This document shows, in pieces, positions 27,109 through 39,184 of a DNA stretch of 62,022 nt. Origin of the DNA: Candidatus Spyradocola sp. (lineage in GTDB: Bacteria > Bacillota > Clostridia > Christensenellales > UBA1750); the NCBI GenBank assembly GCA_034113365.1, contig JAXEXP010000174.1:1-62022 (forward strand), read 5' to 3'. Under the pieces are notes generated by a model. The model saw only the letters and a list, made by a program, of their open reading frames with translations, made no database searches and was not told where the DNA came from. Each line of letters begins with the position of its first letter. The first letter of the stretch is position 1. A program made the position numbers and the translations under genes.

Positions 27109-28002
27109 ATGGGGTTCCGAGATACCCCGGGCAGCGAGGGCTGGCTCGATGTGATCCCGGTAAACGAGGGCTGGTCGGGCGATGAGAAGTACCGCGTGGT
27201 GGGCGAAAATGGGCGGCAGCTGCTGCTGCGCATCAGCCCGGCGGAAAAGGCTGCGCGCAGGCGGGGCGAGTTCGAGACGCTGCGGCGCGTGAACGCGCAG
27301 GTGGCGGCGAACATCCCGCAGACGGTGGAGTTCGGCATGTGTCAGGGCGGCGTATACACGCTGCTGACCTGGGTGCCGGGGCGGCCCGCGGAAGACGTCC
27401 TGCCGGAGCTGACGGCAGAGCAGCAGGCGGACTTGGGCGCACAGGCGGGGCGGATCGCGCGGATGCTGCACGATGTGCCCGCGCCGGAGGGCGTGGAGGA
27501 CTGGCAGGCGCGCTTTTCAAGGAAGATGGCGCGCAAGGTGGAGCAGTACCGTGCGTGTCCCATCAAAATCCCGGAATGTGCGGATTTTGCGGCGTATGTG
27601 CAGGAGAACGGGCGGCTGATCGAAGGGCGGGAGAACCGCTTCCAGCACGGCGACCTGCACGTGGGCAACATGGTGGTGGACAGCGGGCTGCAGCTTGGGC
27701 TGGTGGACTTTGACCGCATGGACTGGGGTGACCCGTGGGAGGAGTTCAACCGCATCACCTGGTCGGCGCAGTGCTCGCCGGTGTTCGCCTCGGCGATGGT
27801 GAAGGCGTATTTCGACGGCGAGGCGCCGGAGGCGTTCTGGCGGCTGCTGGCGCTGTACATGGCGAGCAACCAGCTGTCCTGCATCCCGTGGGCGATGCCG
27901 TTCGGGCAGGGGCAGGTGGACGTGATGATCGAGCAGTGCCGTCAGGTGCGCGCGTGGTACCCCGGGGCGTACGGCGACGGCGCGCCGGTGTGGTTTCGAT
28001 AG
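27109..28002 (+). CDS. Aminoglycoside phosphotransferase (APH)-family / choline kinase-like protein
   Basis: GWSGDEKY, HGDLHVGN, VDFDR..GDP; GGAGG RBS. Confidence 0.85.
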   Translation: MGFRDTPGSEGWLDVIPVNEGWSGDEKYRVVGENGRQLLLRISPAEKAARRRGEFETLRRVNAQVAANIPQTVEFGMCQGGVYTLLTWVPGRPAEDVLPELTAEQQADLGAQAGRIARMLHDVPAPEGVEDWQARFSRKMARKVEQYRACPIKIPECADFAAYVQENGRLIEGRENRFQHGDLHVGNMVVDSGLQLGLVDFDRMDWGDPWEEFNRITWSAQCSPVFASAMVKAYFDGEAPEAFWRLLALYMASNQLSCIPWAMPFGQGQVDVMIEQCRQVRAWYPGAYGDGAPVWFR

Positions 28003-28041
28003 ATGGTTTTTTGATATAAAATCAAAAAGGGGGAGCGGAAC

Positions 28042-28881
28042 ATGAGACTGGGCATTTCGCACGTGCTGCCGCACGAGACGGCGGGGCAATGGGCGCAGGA
28101 GCTGCGCGGAATGGGGCTGTCGGCGGCGGTGTTTCCGGTGGAGTACACGGCGGAGGAGCGCGTCATCGCGGCGTACGCCGACGCGTGCCGGGACAGCGGG
28201 CTGCTGATCGCCGAGGTGGGCGCGTGGAGCAATCCCGTGGCGGAGAACGCCGAGGAGCGCGAAAAAGCGCTGGACAAGTGCATCGGGCAGCTGCGGCTGG
28301 CGGACGAGCTGGGCGCGCGCTGCTGCGTCAACATCGCGGGGGCGTTCGGCGGGGCGCGCTGGGACGGGTTCCACCGGGCGAACTACACGCGGGAGGCGTG
28401 GGAGGCGACGGTGCAGTCCATCCGCACCATCATCGACGCGGTGAAGCCGAAGAACACGGTGTACTGCATGGAGGCGATGCAGTGGATGATCCCCGACGGG
28501 CCGCAGCAGTATCTGGACCTGATTCGGGCGGTGGACCGCGAGGCGTTCGGCGTGCACATCGACGTGACCAACTGGATCTACACGCCCAAGCGCTATCTGT
28601 ACAACCGCGAGTTCATCGACGAGATCTTCGACCTGCTGGGCGACGGCGTGCGCTCCTGCCACCTGAAGGACTCGCACATGGGGCAGGAGATGACCAGCCT
28701 GCTGCATGAGGTGCCGGTGGGGCTGGGCGAGCTGGACATCGCGCACTACATCGAGCGGGCGGAGGCGCTGAGCCCGGAGATGCCGATGGTGATCGAGCAC
28801 CTGAGCGGCGATGCGGCATACCGCGACGCGGTGGTGCGCGTGCAGGACATCGCCCGGGGCGCGGGCGTGGAGATCCGATAG
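28042..28881 (+). CDS. Sugar phosphate isomerase/epimerase (AP endonuclease 2 TIM barrel)
   Basis: E..., HID..N, HLKD, G.GELD, IEH metal motifs. Confidence 0.85.
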   Translation: MRLGISHVLPHETAGQWAQELRGMGLSAAVFPVEYTAEERVIAAYADACRDSGLLIAEVGAWSNPVAENAEEREKALDKCIGQLRLADELGARCCVNIAGAFGGARWDGFHRANYTREAWEATVQSIRTIIDAVKPKNTVYCMEAMQWMIPDGPQQYLDLIRAVDREAFGVHIDVTNWIYTPKRYLYNREFIDEIFDLLGDGVRSCHLKDSHMGQEMTSLLHEVPVGLGELDIAHYIERAEALSPEMPMVIEHLSGDAAYRDAVVRVQDIARGAGVEIR

Positions 28882-28893
28882 GAGGGGAAAAAT

Positions 28894-29661
28894 ATGATCC
28901 GACTGGGCATCTGCACCGGCATTGAGAATGCCGCGGTGATGAAGGAGATCGGCTACGACTATGTGGAAATGGGCATGACGCAGGTGGCGCAGCTGAGCGC
29001 GGAGGACTATGCGGTTTTGCTTGCAAAGGTCAAGGACGCGCCGCTGCCCGTGGAGGCGATGAACGGCATGATCCCGGGGGAGTACCATCTGTGCTCGCCC
29101 GAGGGCACGGGCGCGGCGGTGCGCGCGTACCTGGAGCGCGCGTTTGACCGGGCGCAGGAGCTGGGCGTGAAGATGGTGGTGTTCGGCTCGGGCGGGGCAC
29201 GGCGCCTGCCCGAGGGCATGAGCTTTGCCGACGGGTACCGGTATTTGGCGGAATATCTGAAGCTAGCGGGCGGCATGGCGGCGGAGCACGGGCTGTGCAT
29301 CGCGATCGAGCCGCTGCGCGCGGCGGAGTGCAACATCATCAACCACGTGGCCGAGGCGCAGTACCTGGCGGGGCGCGTGGGGCTGAAAAATGTGGGCGCG
29401 CTGGCCGATCTGTACCACATGATGGCGGGCGGCGAGGACTGCGCGGCGCTGGAGAAGCCCGTGCTGCACTGCCACATCGCCGAGCGGGTCAGGCGCGCCT
29501 ATCCCAAGGCGGGCGACGGCACGCAGAAGGAGTACGCGGAGATGTTCGGCAAGCTGAAGGCGCAGGGCTTCGCCGGGCGCGTGAGCATCGAGGGCGGCTG
29601 CACGGACTTTGTTGCCGACGCGCGCGCGGCCTACGCCGAGCTGGACGGGTACAGAAAATAG
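28894..29661 (+). CDS. Sugar phosphate isomerase/epimerase
   Basis: GYDYVE, VFGSGGAR, IEPL...E.N, D.YH, H.HIA, SIE. Confidence 0.85.
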   Translation: MIRLGICTGIENAAVMKEIGYDYVEMGMTQVAQLSAEDYAVLLAKVKDAPLPVEAMNGMIPGEYHLCSPEGTGAAVRAYLERAFDRAQELGVKMVVFGSGGARRLPEGMSFADGYRYLAEYLKLAGGMAAEHGLCIAIEPLRAAECNIINHVAEAQYLAGRVGLKNVGALADLYHMMAGGEDCAALEKPVLHCHIAERVRRAYPKAGDGTQKEYAEMFGKLKAQGFAGRVSIEGGCTDFVADARAAYAELDGYRK

Positions 29662-29682
29662 AGAGATACGGAGGGCTGGACG

Positions 29683-30831
29683 ATGGATTACAGGCTGAAA
29701 GAGGGCATTGACCGCAGAAACACCAACTGCCTCAAGTGGGACGCGTGCCCGGAGGATGTGCTGCCCATGTGGGTGGCGGACATGGACTTCCCCTGCGCGC
29801 CGGGCATCATGGAGGCGCTGGCGGCGCGCGTGCAGCACCCCGCGATGGGCTACACGCGCCGCAGCCCGCGCGACGATCAGGCGGTGATCGACTATTACGC
29901 GCGCAACCACGGCATCTCCGTCAAAAAGGAGGACATGGTGTTCACGCCGGGCGTGGTGGACTCGCTGCTGCTGGCGGTGCACGCGCTGACCGAGCCGGGC
30001 GAAAAGGTGCTGATCCAGACGCCGGTGTACGGGCCGTTCTACTCGGTGATCGACCGTGCGGGACGCACCAAGGTGGAAAGCCCGCTGGTGCAGGAGACGG
30101 ACGGCAAGTGGGAGATGGATCTGGACGACTTGGACAGCAAGCTGCCCGGCTGCAGGCTGATGCTGCTGTGCTCGCCGCACAACCCCTGCGGCAGGGTGTG
30201 GCCGCGGCAGACGCTGCAGGCGGTGCTGAATCTTTGCAAAAAGCACGGCGTGTACCTGGTGGCGGACGAGATCCACTGCGACTTTGCGCTGGACGGGCGC
30301 AGGAACGTGTCCGTGCTGACGCTGGACGGCGCGGAAACGGGCGTTGCGGCGGCGGTGTCCGCGACCAAGACGTTCAACATCGCGGGGCTGGATCACTCCA
30401 CGTTCCTGATCCCGGACGCCCAAATGCGCGGCAGGATCGCGGCCAAGGCGAGCGAGATCGGCATGAAGGGCGGAAATCTGCTGGGCGTGCTGGCGACGAC
30501 CGCGGCGTACGAGACGGGCGACGAGTGGCTGGCGCAGGTCAAACGCATCGTGCAGGACAACCGCGACCTTGCGGTCAGGGAGCTGACGGCGGCGGGCGCG
30601 AAGGTGTGGCCCAACGAGGGGACGTATCTGCTGTTTGTGGACCTGCGGCCGTTTGGGAAGAGCAGCGACGAGCTGTATGATTTGCTGATGGACAAGGCGA
30701 AGGTGCGGCTGAACAAGGGCACGGACTACGGCAAGGCGGGCGACGGCTTCATGCGGCTGAACCTGGCCACCACGCCCGCGCTGATGCAGGAGGGGCTGCG
30801 GCGCATCTGCGCGCTGCTGCGGGAGCTGTGA
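29683..30831 (+). CDS. MalY/PatB family PLP-dependent C-S lyase / aminotransferase
   Basis: KWD, PMWVADMDF, CSPHNP.GRVW, DEIHCD, SATKTFNIAG, RLNLA. Confidence 0.92.
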   Translation: MDYRLKEGIDRRNTNCLKWDACPEDVLPMWVADMDFPCAPGIMEALAARVQHPAMGYTRRSPRDDQAVIDYYARNHGISVKKEDMVFTPGVVDSLLLAVHALTEPGEKVLIQTPVYGPFYSVIDRAGRTKVESPLVQETDGKWEMDLDDLDSKLPGCRLMLLCSPHNPCGRVWPRQTLQAVLNLCKKHGVYLVADEIHCDFALDGRRNVSVLTLDGAETGVAAAVSATKTFNIAGLDHSTFLIPDAQMRGRIAAKASEIGMKGGNLLGVLATTAAYETGDEWLAQVKRIVQDNRDLAVRELTAAGAKVWPNEGTYLLFVDLRPFGKSSDELYDLLMDKAKVRLNKGTDYGKAGDGFMRLNLATTPALMQEGLRRICALLREL

Positions 30832-31385
30832 GCCGGCTGATCTTCCTGGACACGGAGTACAACTCCGCGGGCGAGCTGGCGCAGCTGGCCTATGTGTGCC
30901 TGGAGCGGGGACGCGTGCGCGCGAAGAACTTCTATTTCCGCATCAGCGAAATGGATGAGTGCGCGGGGCGCGTCAACGGGCTTGAGACGGACTGGCTGCG
31001 CGAGCACGGCGCGGAATATAGCACGGTGCGGGGCGAGGTGCTGGCGGACTTTGCGGGCGCCACGCTGCTGGCGCACAACCTCAACGCGGACAAGCGCGTG
31101 CTGGAAAAGGCGTTCGGGGCGCTTCCCAACGCGTACGGGCTGTGCACGATGTACCGCTTTGCGCGGGTGCTGAAGCTGTCCGGCGGGCGGCCGTACAAGA
31201 TGCCCAGCCTGCGCGAGCTGATGGCGCACTACGGCGTGGCGGAGGAGGCGGTCTCCGCGCAGACGGCGCAGGACTTCGGCTGCGGCGGGGCGGCGCACGA
31301 CGCGCGCTGGGACGCCGAGGCGGTGCGCCTGTGCGCGGTGCGCGCGATGCGCGCGGGCGACTGCCGCAATCTGTTGGACGAATGA
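30828..31385 (+). CDS. DEDDh 3'-5' exonuclease family protein
   Basis: FLDTE, AHN..AD, CTM, P.L.EL, AHDARWD. Confidence 0.85.
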   Translation: MSRLIFLDTEYNSAGELAQLAYVCLERGRVRAKNFYFRISEMDECAGRVNGLETDWLREHGAEYSTVRGEVLADFAGATLLAHNLNADKRVLEKAFGALPNAYGLCTMYRFARVLKLSGGRPYKMPSLRELMAHYGVAEEAVSAQTAQDFGCGGAAHDARWDAEAVRLCAVRAMRAGDCRNLLDE

Positions 31386-31399
31386 AGGAGAACGAGAGC

Positions 31400-32071
31400 A
31401 TGAACGGGCTTTGGACGATCGAGACGCATGCGCACAGCGCGGAGGTGAGCCTGTGCGCCAAGCTGCGCGGCGCGGAAACGGCGCGCGGGGTGAAGGCGGC
31501 GGGCTGCGACGCGCTGATCATGACGGATCACTACACGCCGGAGTTTTTCCCCGAGGGGCTGGAGGGCGCGGCGTATGAGGCGCGCGTCGACGACTTCTTT
31601 GCGGGCTACCGGGCGGCAAAGGCGGAGGGCGAGGCCATCGGCCTTGCCGTGTTCCCGGCGCTGGAGGTGCGCATTTCGGCTGGGCCGGAGGATTATCTGG
31701 TGTACGGCGTGACGATTGAGGAGCTGAAAAAGCTGGGCAATCTGGCGCATCTGACGCTACCGCAGCTGCGGGAGAAGGTGCATTCCACGCAAGATGGGCT
31801 GCTCATTCAGGCGCACCCCTTCCGGGGGTATCTCAAGTGCCAGGACGCGGCGCTGCTGGACGGCGTGGAGGTGTTCAACGGCAACCCCCGCCACGACAGC
31901 CACAACGACAAAGCGCTGGCCTTTGCGCAGGAGCACCATCTGCTGATGACCGCCGGCAGCGACGTGCACGAGAGCATGGACCCCGGCGGCGCGCTGATGG
32001 TGTGCCCGCCCTTTGCGGACATCCGCGGGTTTGCGCAGCTGGTGCGCGAGGGCCGCACCGCGCGCAAGTGA
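31400..32071 (+). CDS. PHP domain metal-dependent hydrolase
   Basis: ETHAHS, TDH, QAHPFR, GVEVFNG, GSDVH. Confidence 0.85.
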   Translation: MNGLWTIETHAHSAEVSLCAKLRGAETARGVKAAGCDALIMTDHYTPEFFPEGLEGAAYEARVDDFFAGYRAAKAEGEAIGLAVFPALEVRISAGPEDYLVYGVTIEELKKLGNLAHLTLPQLREKVHSTQDGLLIQAHPFRGYLKCQDAALLDGVEVFNGNPRHDSHNDKALAFAQEHHLLMTAGSDVHESMDPGGALMVCPPFADIRGFAQLVREGRTARK

Positions 32072-32338
32072 CGGAATCCCTGTTTTCTTCGGAGAACAGG
32101 GATTTTTTACGCCCAAAATGATTTTGAAGATGAAACAATTAGGTACTGGAAAATTGGAAGTTAAACGAAGATTTACTTGTGAAACAGGGGGATTTATGTT
32201 AATATAATGGTGAAAAATGAATACGCGGGGTACGATACAAGCAGCAGGATGCGGTCCGATACGATACAAAGCAGAATGCGCGGCTGGGTCGTGCCTAAAG
32301 TTTTATTTACGAACCTTTTTCAGGAGGTGGAAGGGAGC

Positions 32339-32752
32339 TTGAAACGCAGAGTGGACGCTGCGGTGAAGCGAGAGACGATCTACATCGCGGTGTGGACGGC
32401 AGTGCTCAGCGCGCTGATGGAGGCTGTGTTTCTGATATTGGGCAGATGGGACGTCACGGTGCTGCTGGGCAACCTGCTGGGCGGGCTTGCGGCGGTGCTG
32501 AACTTCTTTTTGATGGGACTGACCGTGCAAAGCGCGGTGGACAAGCCGCAGGACGAGGCGCGCACCGCGATGAAGGCGTCGCAGGCGCTGCGCAGCGTGA
32601 TGCTGCTGGTGGTGCTGGTGGCGGGCGCGGCGGCGCCCTGTTTCCACCTGATCGCCGCGATCCTGCCGCTGTTCTTCCCGCGCATTGCCATCGCGCTGCG
32701 GCCGCTGTGGGACAAGGCCGGGCGCAGGGAGGAAAAAAACGATGAGAAATAA
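32339..32752 (+). CDS. atpI: ATP synthase protein I
   Basis: Four-TM small protein first in the atp operon; TTG start after GGAGG/GGGAG. Confidence 0.7.
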   Translation: MKRRVDAAVKRETIYIAVWTAVLSALMEAVFLILGRWDVTVLLGNLLGGLAAVLNFFLMGLTVQSAVDKPQDEARTAMKASQALRSVMLLVVLVAGAAAPCFHLIAAILPLFFPRIAIALRPLWDKAGRREEKNDEK

Positions 32753-33641
32753 ACCCGGAAGCCGCGCCTTCAAGGCGCTGGACGCGCTGTACCTGGTGCT
32801 GGCGGTGCTGCCGCTGGCCTTCGGCATGGCGCTCAAGGTGCTGACCGAGCCGCCCGCAGACGGCATCGCCATCACGGGCGCGCGCATCTACTTTACGCTG
32901 CCGCTGCCGCTGGGCGGCATGCCCGTGACCGAGGCGCAGGTCAACTCGGTGCTGGTGATGCTGACCATCTTCTGGCTGTGCCGGTACCTGACGCACGGCA
33001 TCTCCGTCAAGTGCGGCACGCGCAGGCAGCACGCCGCCGAATGGATCGTGGGCACCGTGGAAAAGCTGGTCAAGGAGAACATGGGCAGCTATTTTGAGGG
33101 CTTTGCGCCCTTTATCGCAGCGATCCTGGCGCTGTCGGCGCTCTCGAGCCTGCTGTCGCTGCTGGGGATGTACCCGCCCACGTCGGATCTGAACGTGGTG
33201 GCGGGCTGGGCGATCCTGGTGTTCGTGCTGATCACCTATTACAAGTGCAAGTGCGGGCCGCTGCACTACCTCAAGAGCTTTACCGAGCCCGTACCGCTGC
33301 TCACGCCCATGAACATCATCAGCGAGGTGGCAACGCCCATCTCTATGGCCTTCCGTCACTACGGCAACATCCTGTCGGGCACCGTGATCTCGGTGCTGGT
33401 GGCGGCGGGGCTGCAGGGGCTGTCCTCGATGCTGCTGGGCTGGCTGCCCGGCGCGCTGGGCGAGATCCCCTTTCTGCAGATCGGCATACCGGCCGTTCTG
33501 TCCATCTACTTTGACGTGTTCAGCGGGTGTCTGCAGGCGTTCATATTCGCCATGCTGACCATGCTGTACGTCTCCGGCGGATTCCCGGCGGAGGAATACG
33601 AGAGGCGGCAGGCGAAAAAGCGCGCCGCCGGATCCCACTGA
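32742..33641 (+). CDS. atpB: F0 ATP synthase subunit a
   Basis: PPTSDLN, PISMAFRHYGNI, LQAFIFAMLT. Confidence 0.93.
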   Translation: MRNKPGSRAFKALDALYLVLAVLPLAFGMALKVLTEPPADGIAITGARIYFTLPLPLGGMPVTEAQVNSVLVMLTIFWLCRYLTHGISVKCGTRRQHAAEWIVGTVEKLVKENMGSYFEGFAPFIAAILALSALSSLLSLLGMYPPTSDLNVVAGWAILVFVLITYYKCKCGPLHYLKSFTEPVPLLTPMNIISEVATPISMAFRHYGNILSGTVISVLVAAGLQGLSSMLLGWLPGALGEIPFLQIGIPAVLSIYFDVFSGCLQAFIFAMLTMLYVSGGFPAEEYERRQAKKRAAGSH

Positions 33642-33669
33642 CGAACGAAAAAAACGGAGGGTAAGAACC

Positions 33670-33954
33670 ATGTTGGAACTTGCGATTGGTATCATTCTTG
33701 GCTGCTGCGCGCTGGGCGCAGGCGCGGCGATGATCGCCGGTATCGGCCCGGGCATCGGCGAGGGCAACGCGGTTGCAAGCGCCTGTGAGGCCATCGGCCG
33801 CCAGCCCGAGAGCAAGGGTCAGGTGACCACCACCATGCTGATGGGCTGCGCCATCGCCGAGACCACCGGTCTGTACGCGCTGGTCATCGCCATTCTGCTC
33901 ATCTTCGTCGCCCCGAGCAGACTGGTGAGCATACTCGTCAACACCATCGGCTAA
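33670..33954 (+). CDS. atpE: F0 ATP synthase subunit c (Na+-type signature)
   Basis: GIGPGIGEG, RQPE loop, AIAETTGLY. Confidence 0.95.
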   Translation: MLELAIGIILGCCALGAGAAMIAGIGPGIGEGNAVASACEAIGRQPESKGQVTTTMLMGCAIAETTGLYALVIAILLIFVAPSRLVSILVNTIG

Positions 33955-33973
33955 GACTTTGGAGTGAACCGCT

Positions 33974-34489
33974 ATGCAATCGCTGGAAGTCATATCCTTC
34001 AACCTATGGCAGATGCTGATCTCGCTGGCCAACCTGGTGATCCTGTTCTGGATCCTCAAGCGCTTCCTGTTCAAGCCCGTCAAAAAGGTGCTGGCGCAGC
34101 GCCAGGCGGAGCTGGATTCGCAGTACGCCGCGGCGGGCGAGGCGCAGCAGAAGGCCATGCAGGATCAGCAGCAGTGGGCCGAAAAGCTGCGCGGCGCGCA
34201 GGATGAGGCCGACGCGCTGCTCAAGTCCGCCGCAGACGACGCGCGCAGCCGCGGGGAGCGCATCGTGGCCGAGGCGCGCAGCAAGGCCGACGGCATGATC
34301 CGCCAGGCCGAGGCGCAGACCGCGCTGGAGCACAAAAAGGCCGAGCAGGGCATACGCCGCGAGATCGCCGACGCGTCGGTGGAGCTGGCGCAGAAGCTCA
34401 TCGGCCGCGAAATGAACGAGCAGGACCATCGCGCGCTGATCGACGCCTTCATCGACGAGATGGGAGGTGCGGACGGTGGAGCTGAGTAA
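33974..34489 (+). CDS. atpF: F0 ATP synthase subunit b
   Basis: N-terminal TM, LKRFLFKPV...L..R, coiled coil. Confidence 0.93.
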   Translation: MQSLEVISFNLWQMLISLANLVILFWILKRFLFKPVKKVLAQRQAELDSQYAAAGEAQQKAMQDQQQWAEKLRGAQDEADALLKSAADDARSRGERIVAEARSKADGMIRQAEAQTALEHKKAEQGIRREIADASVELAQKLIGREMNEQDHRALIDAFIDEMGGADGGAE

Positions 34490-35003
34490 GAGCTACGCAG
34501 CTGCGCTGTTCTCCCTGGCCGCGGAAAGCGGCGAGCAGGAGGAAGTGAGCCGCGCGCTGGAGACCGTGACGCAGGTGCTGCGCGAGAACCCGGACTACCT
34601 GGAGTTCCTTGCGGCGCCCAGCATCGCCATTGACGAGCGCAGCGCGGCCATCGACCAGGCCTTTGGCGGGCGCGTGCCTGAGCACGTGGCGTCCTTTCTG
34701 CAGGTGCTGTGCCGCAGGGGACACGCGCGCAGCTACTTTGACTGCGCAAAGGAATACCGCAAGCTGTGCGACCACGCAAACCGCATCGCGCCGGCGCGCA
34801 TCACCAGCGCGGTGGAGCTGAGCGGCGCGGAAAAGCAGGCGCTGGTGGAAAAGCTGGAGCGCCTGAGCGGCAAGATCGTGCAGCCGGAGTACATCGTGGA
34901 TGAAACGCTGCTGGGCGGCCTCATCGTGGAGATGGAGGGCAGGGTGCTGGACGGCAGCCTGAAAAAGGACCTGCAGCAAGTAAAGGAAGTGATCGTAAAA
35001 TGA
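34476..35003 (+). CDS. atpH: F1 ATP synthase subunit delta
   Basis: YA.ALF, ITSAVEL, VD..LLGG......VLDGS. Alternative start at 34467. Confidence 0.92.
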   Translation: MELSKSYAAALFSLAAESGEQEEVSRALETVTQVLRENPDYLEFLAAPSIAIDERSAAIDQAFGGRVPEHVASFLQVLCRRGHARSYFDCAKEYRKLCDHANRIAPARITSAVELSGAEKQALVEKLERLSGKIVQPEYIVDETLLGGLIVEMEGRVLDGSLKKDLQQVKEVIVK

Positions 35004-36493
35004 CCGGAAGCCCCGAAGAGATCGGAAAGATCATCAAGCAACAGATCGCGAGCTATTCTTCCCGGCTGGAGATGAAGGAAAACGGCAGCGTGATCGAGGT
35101 GGGCGACGGCATCGCAAGCGTCTATGGCCTGCGGGAGTGCATGGCAAACGAGCTGCTGGAGTTTGAGGACGGCAGCTTTGGCATGGCGCAGAACCTGGAG
35201 GAGGAGACGGTTTCCGTCGCGCTGCTGACCGACGGCGGCGACATCCGCGAGGGCACCAAGGTGCACCGCACGGGCCGCGTGCTGTCGGTGCCCGTGGGCG
35301 AGCAGCTGCTGGGCCGCGTGGTGGACGCGCTGGGCCAGCCCATCGACGGCAAGGGCCCCATCGAAACGGTGCAGACCCGCCCCATCGAGGCGGAGGCGCC
35401 GGGCATCATCGAGCGCAAGAGCGTGTCGGTGCCGCTGCAGACAGGCATCAAGGCCATCGACAGCATGATCCCCATCGGCAGAGGCCAGCGCGAGCTGCTC
35501 ATCGGTGACCGCCAGACGGGCAAGACCGAGATCGCCATCGACACCATCATCAACCAGAAGGGCACGGGCGTGCTGTGCATCTACGTGGCCATCGGCCAGA
35601 AAAACACCTCCGTGGTGCAGCTGGTGGGTGAGCTGACGCGCGCCGGTGCGATGGAATACACCATCGTGGTATCCGCTTCCGCGTCCGAGTCGGCGCCGCT
35701 GCAGTACGTCGCGCCCTATTCGGGCTGCGCGATGGCGGAATACTTCCGCGAGCAGGGAAAAGACGTGCTGATCGTGTACGACGATCTGTCCAAGCACGCG
35801 GTGGCGTACCGCGCGCTGTCGCTGCTCATCCGCCGCCCGCCGGGACGCGAGGCCTTCCCGGGCGATGTGTTCTACCTGCACTCCAGACTGCTCGAGCGCG
35901 CGGCGTGCGTGGCGCCCGAGTACGGCGGCGGGTCCATCACCGCGCTGCCCATCGTCGAGACGCAGGCAGGCGACGTGTCCGCCTACATCCCCACCAACGT
36001 CATCTCCATCACGGACGGCCAGATCTTCCTGGAGACCGAGCTGTTCCACGCGGGCGTGATGCCCGCCATCAACCCGGGCATCTCCGTCAGCCGCGTGGGC
36101 GGTTCGGCGCAGCTCAAGGCGATGAAGGCCGTGTCGGGCCCGCTGAAGCTGCTCTACTCGCAGTACCGCGAGCTGCAGTCCTTCGCGCAGTTCGGCAGCG
36201 ACCTGGACGCCGACACCAAGAAGCGCCTGGCGCTGGGCGAGCGCATCGTGGAGGTGCTCAAGCAGAACCGCAATGCGCCGGTGCGCGTGGGCTGCCAGGT
36301 GGCCATCATCTACGCGGTGAGCAACGGCTGGCTGGACAAGGTGGAGGTCAACAAGGTCGCCGATTACGAGCGCAGGCTCTACGAGCTGCTGGAAAACAGC
36401 TACGAGGATCTGCTGGAGCGCTTTGAGCAGGGCTATTACGCCGACAAGGACGTGGAGCGGCTCAAGCAGGCGCTTTCGCAGATGCAGAGGTGA
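35000..36493 (+). CDS. atpA: F1 ATP synthase subunit alpha
   Basis: [45 protein letters not shown]. Confidence 0.98.
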   Translation: MTGSPEEIGKIIKQQIASYSSRLEMKENGSVIEVGDGIASVYGLRECMANELLEFEDGSFGMAQNLEEETVSVALLTDGGDIREGTKVHRTGRVLSVPVGEQLLGRVVDALGQPIDGKGPIETVQTRPIEAEAPGIIERKSVSVPLQTGIKAIDSMIPIGRGQRELLIGDRQTGKTEIAIDTIINQKGTGVLCIYVAIGQKNTSVVQLVGELTRAGAMEYTIVVSASASESAPLQYVAPYSGCAMAEYFREQGKDVLIVYDDLSKHAVAYRALSLLIRRPPGREAFPGDVFYLHSRLLERAACVAPEYGGGSITALPIVETQAGDVSAYIPTNVISITDGQIFLETELFHAGVMPAINPGISVSRVGGSAQLKAMKAVSGPLKLLYSQYRELQSFAQFGSDLDADTKKRLALGERIVEVLKQNRNAPVRVGCQVAIIYAVSNGWLDKVEVNKVADYERRLYELLENSYEDLLERFEQGYYADKDVERLKQALSQMQR

Positions 36494-36499
36494 CGGCGC

Positions 36500-37312
36500 A
36501 TGGGCATGAACACGAAGAAGCTGCGCAACCGCATCCGCAGCGTGGACTCCACCATGCACCTGACGCGCGCGATGGGTCTGGTCGCGGCCTCCAAGATGCG
36601 GCGGGCGACGGAGGCGATGCTGCACGGCAGAGAGTATGCCGCAGCCGTGGAGCGCACGGCCCGGCTGCTCGTGCGCTGCCCCGAGTGCCGCAAGAGCCCC
36701 TACCTGCGCAAAAAGGGCAACGGGCGCACGTGCCTGGTGGTCATCGCGGGGGACAGGGGGCTGGCCGGCGGCTACAACGCCAATGTGTTCCGGCTGGCGA
36801 CGCAGTTCCCCGAGGCGGAATTCCTGCCCGTGGGCAAGCGCGCCTGCGAGCGGTTCGGCGGCGGCGAGCTGACGGCGGAGGGCTTCACCTACGCGGATGC
36901 GGACGAAATGGCGCGCATGCTGTGCGAGGGCTTTGCGCAGGACAAATGGGATCGCGTGGGCGTGATCTATACCCGGTATGAGTCCATGCTGACGCAGACG
37001 GCGGACGTGCGCTGGCTGCTGCCGCTGCGCGCGGGCAAGAGCGCGCCCTGCAGCGTGGTATTTGAGCCCAATGAGGAAGAGATGCTGCAGGCCGTGGTGC
37101 CGGAATACGTCTCGGGCATGCTCATCGCGTCGGTGCGCGAGAGCTTTGCAAGCGAGGTGGCCGCGCGGCGGGCCGCGATGGACTCCGCGGGCAAGAACGC
37201 CAGCGAGATGATCGAGGAACTGCACCTTCAATACAACCGCGCCAGACAGGGCGCCATCACGCAGGAGATCACCGAGATCGTCGCAGGCTCGGGCGGGATC
37301 AAGAGGAGGTAG
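36500..37312 (+). CDS. atpG: F1 ATP synthase subunit gamma
   Basis: RI.SV.ST..LT.AM.LVAASK, DRGLAGGYN, YNRARQGAITQEITEIVAG. Confidence 0.96.
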   Translation: MGMNTKKLRNRIRSVDSTMHLTRAMGLVAASKMRRATEAMLHGREYAAAVERTARLLVRCPECRKSPYLRKKGNGRTCLVVIAGDRGLAGGYNANVFRLATQFPEAEFLPVGKRACERFGGGELTAEGFTYADADEMARMLCEGFAQDKWDRVGVIYTRYESMLTQTADVRWLLPLRAGKSAPCSVVFEPNEEEMLQAVVPEYVSGMLIASVRESFASEVAARRAAMDSAGKNASEMIEELHLQYNRARQGAITQEITEIVAGSGGIKRR

Positions 37313-38979
<1,667 letters not shown>

Positions 38980-38991
38980 CGCAAATGAAAG

Positions 38992-39034
38992 AACACCCCC
39001 TTTCCTCTGAAAATGAGGATAAGGGGGTGTTTTT
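38992..39034 (+). terminator. atp operon terminator
   Basis: AACACCCCCTTTCCTC..GAGGATAAGGGGGTGTT-TTT. Confidence 0.8.
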
Positions 39035-39102
39035 GATCACCACATTATGGAAAGCGCTGGGGAAAACTTCTGATTCAGCGCAAAGAAGGAGAGACATCCT
39101 TT

Positions 39103-39150
39103 GGCTTCCCCTTGAGGGGAAGCTGGCGCCCGCAGGCGACTGATGAGGTG
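39103..39150 (+). repeat. REP-like palindromic repeat
   Basis: GGCTTCCCCTTGAGGGGAAGCTGGCGCCCGCAGGCGACTGATGAGGTG; related copy at 18128-18170. Confidence 0.7.
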
Positions 39151-39184
39151 TCAGTCCAGCGCTACATAACGTAAGGCGACGATC

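Noticed and set aside
27109..28002. APH-family gene as an antibiotic-resistance determinant
   Set aside because: Generic kinase-fold motifs in a housekeeping context with native codon usage; no evidence of aminoglycoside specificity.
30828..32071. DEDDh exonuclease + PHP pair as a split DNA polymerase III or a defence system
   Set aside because: Both are common standalone families, lie in a metabolic operon with native composition, and have no polymerase or defence partner nearby.
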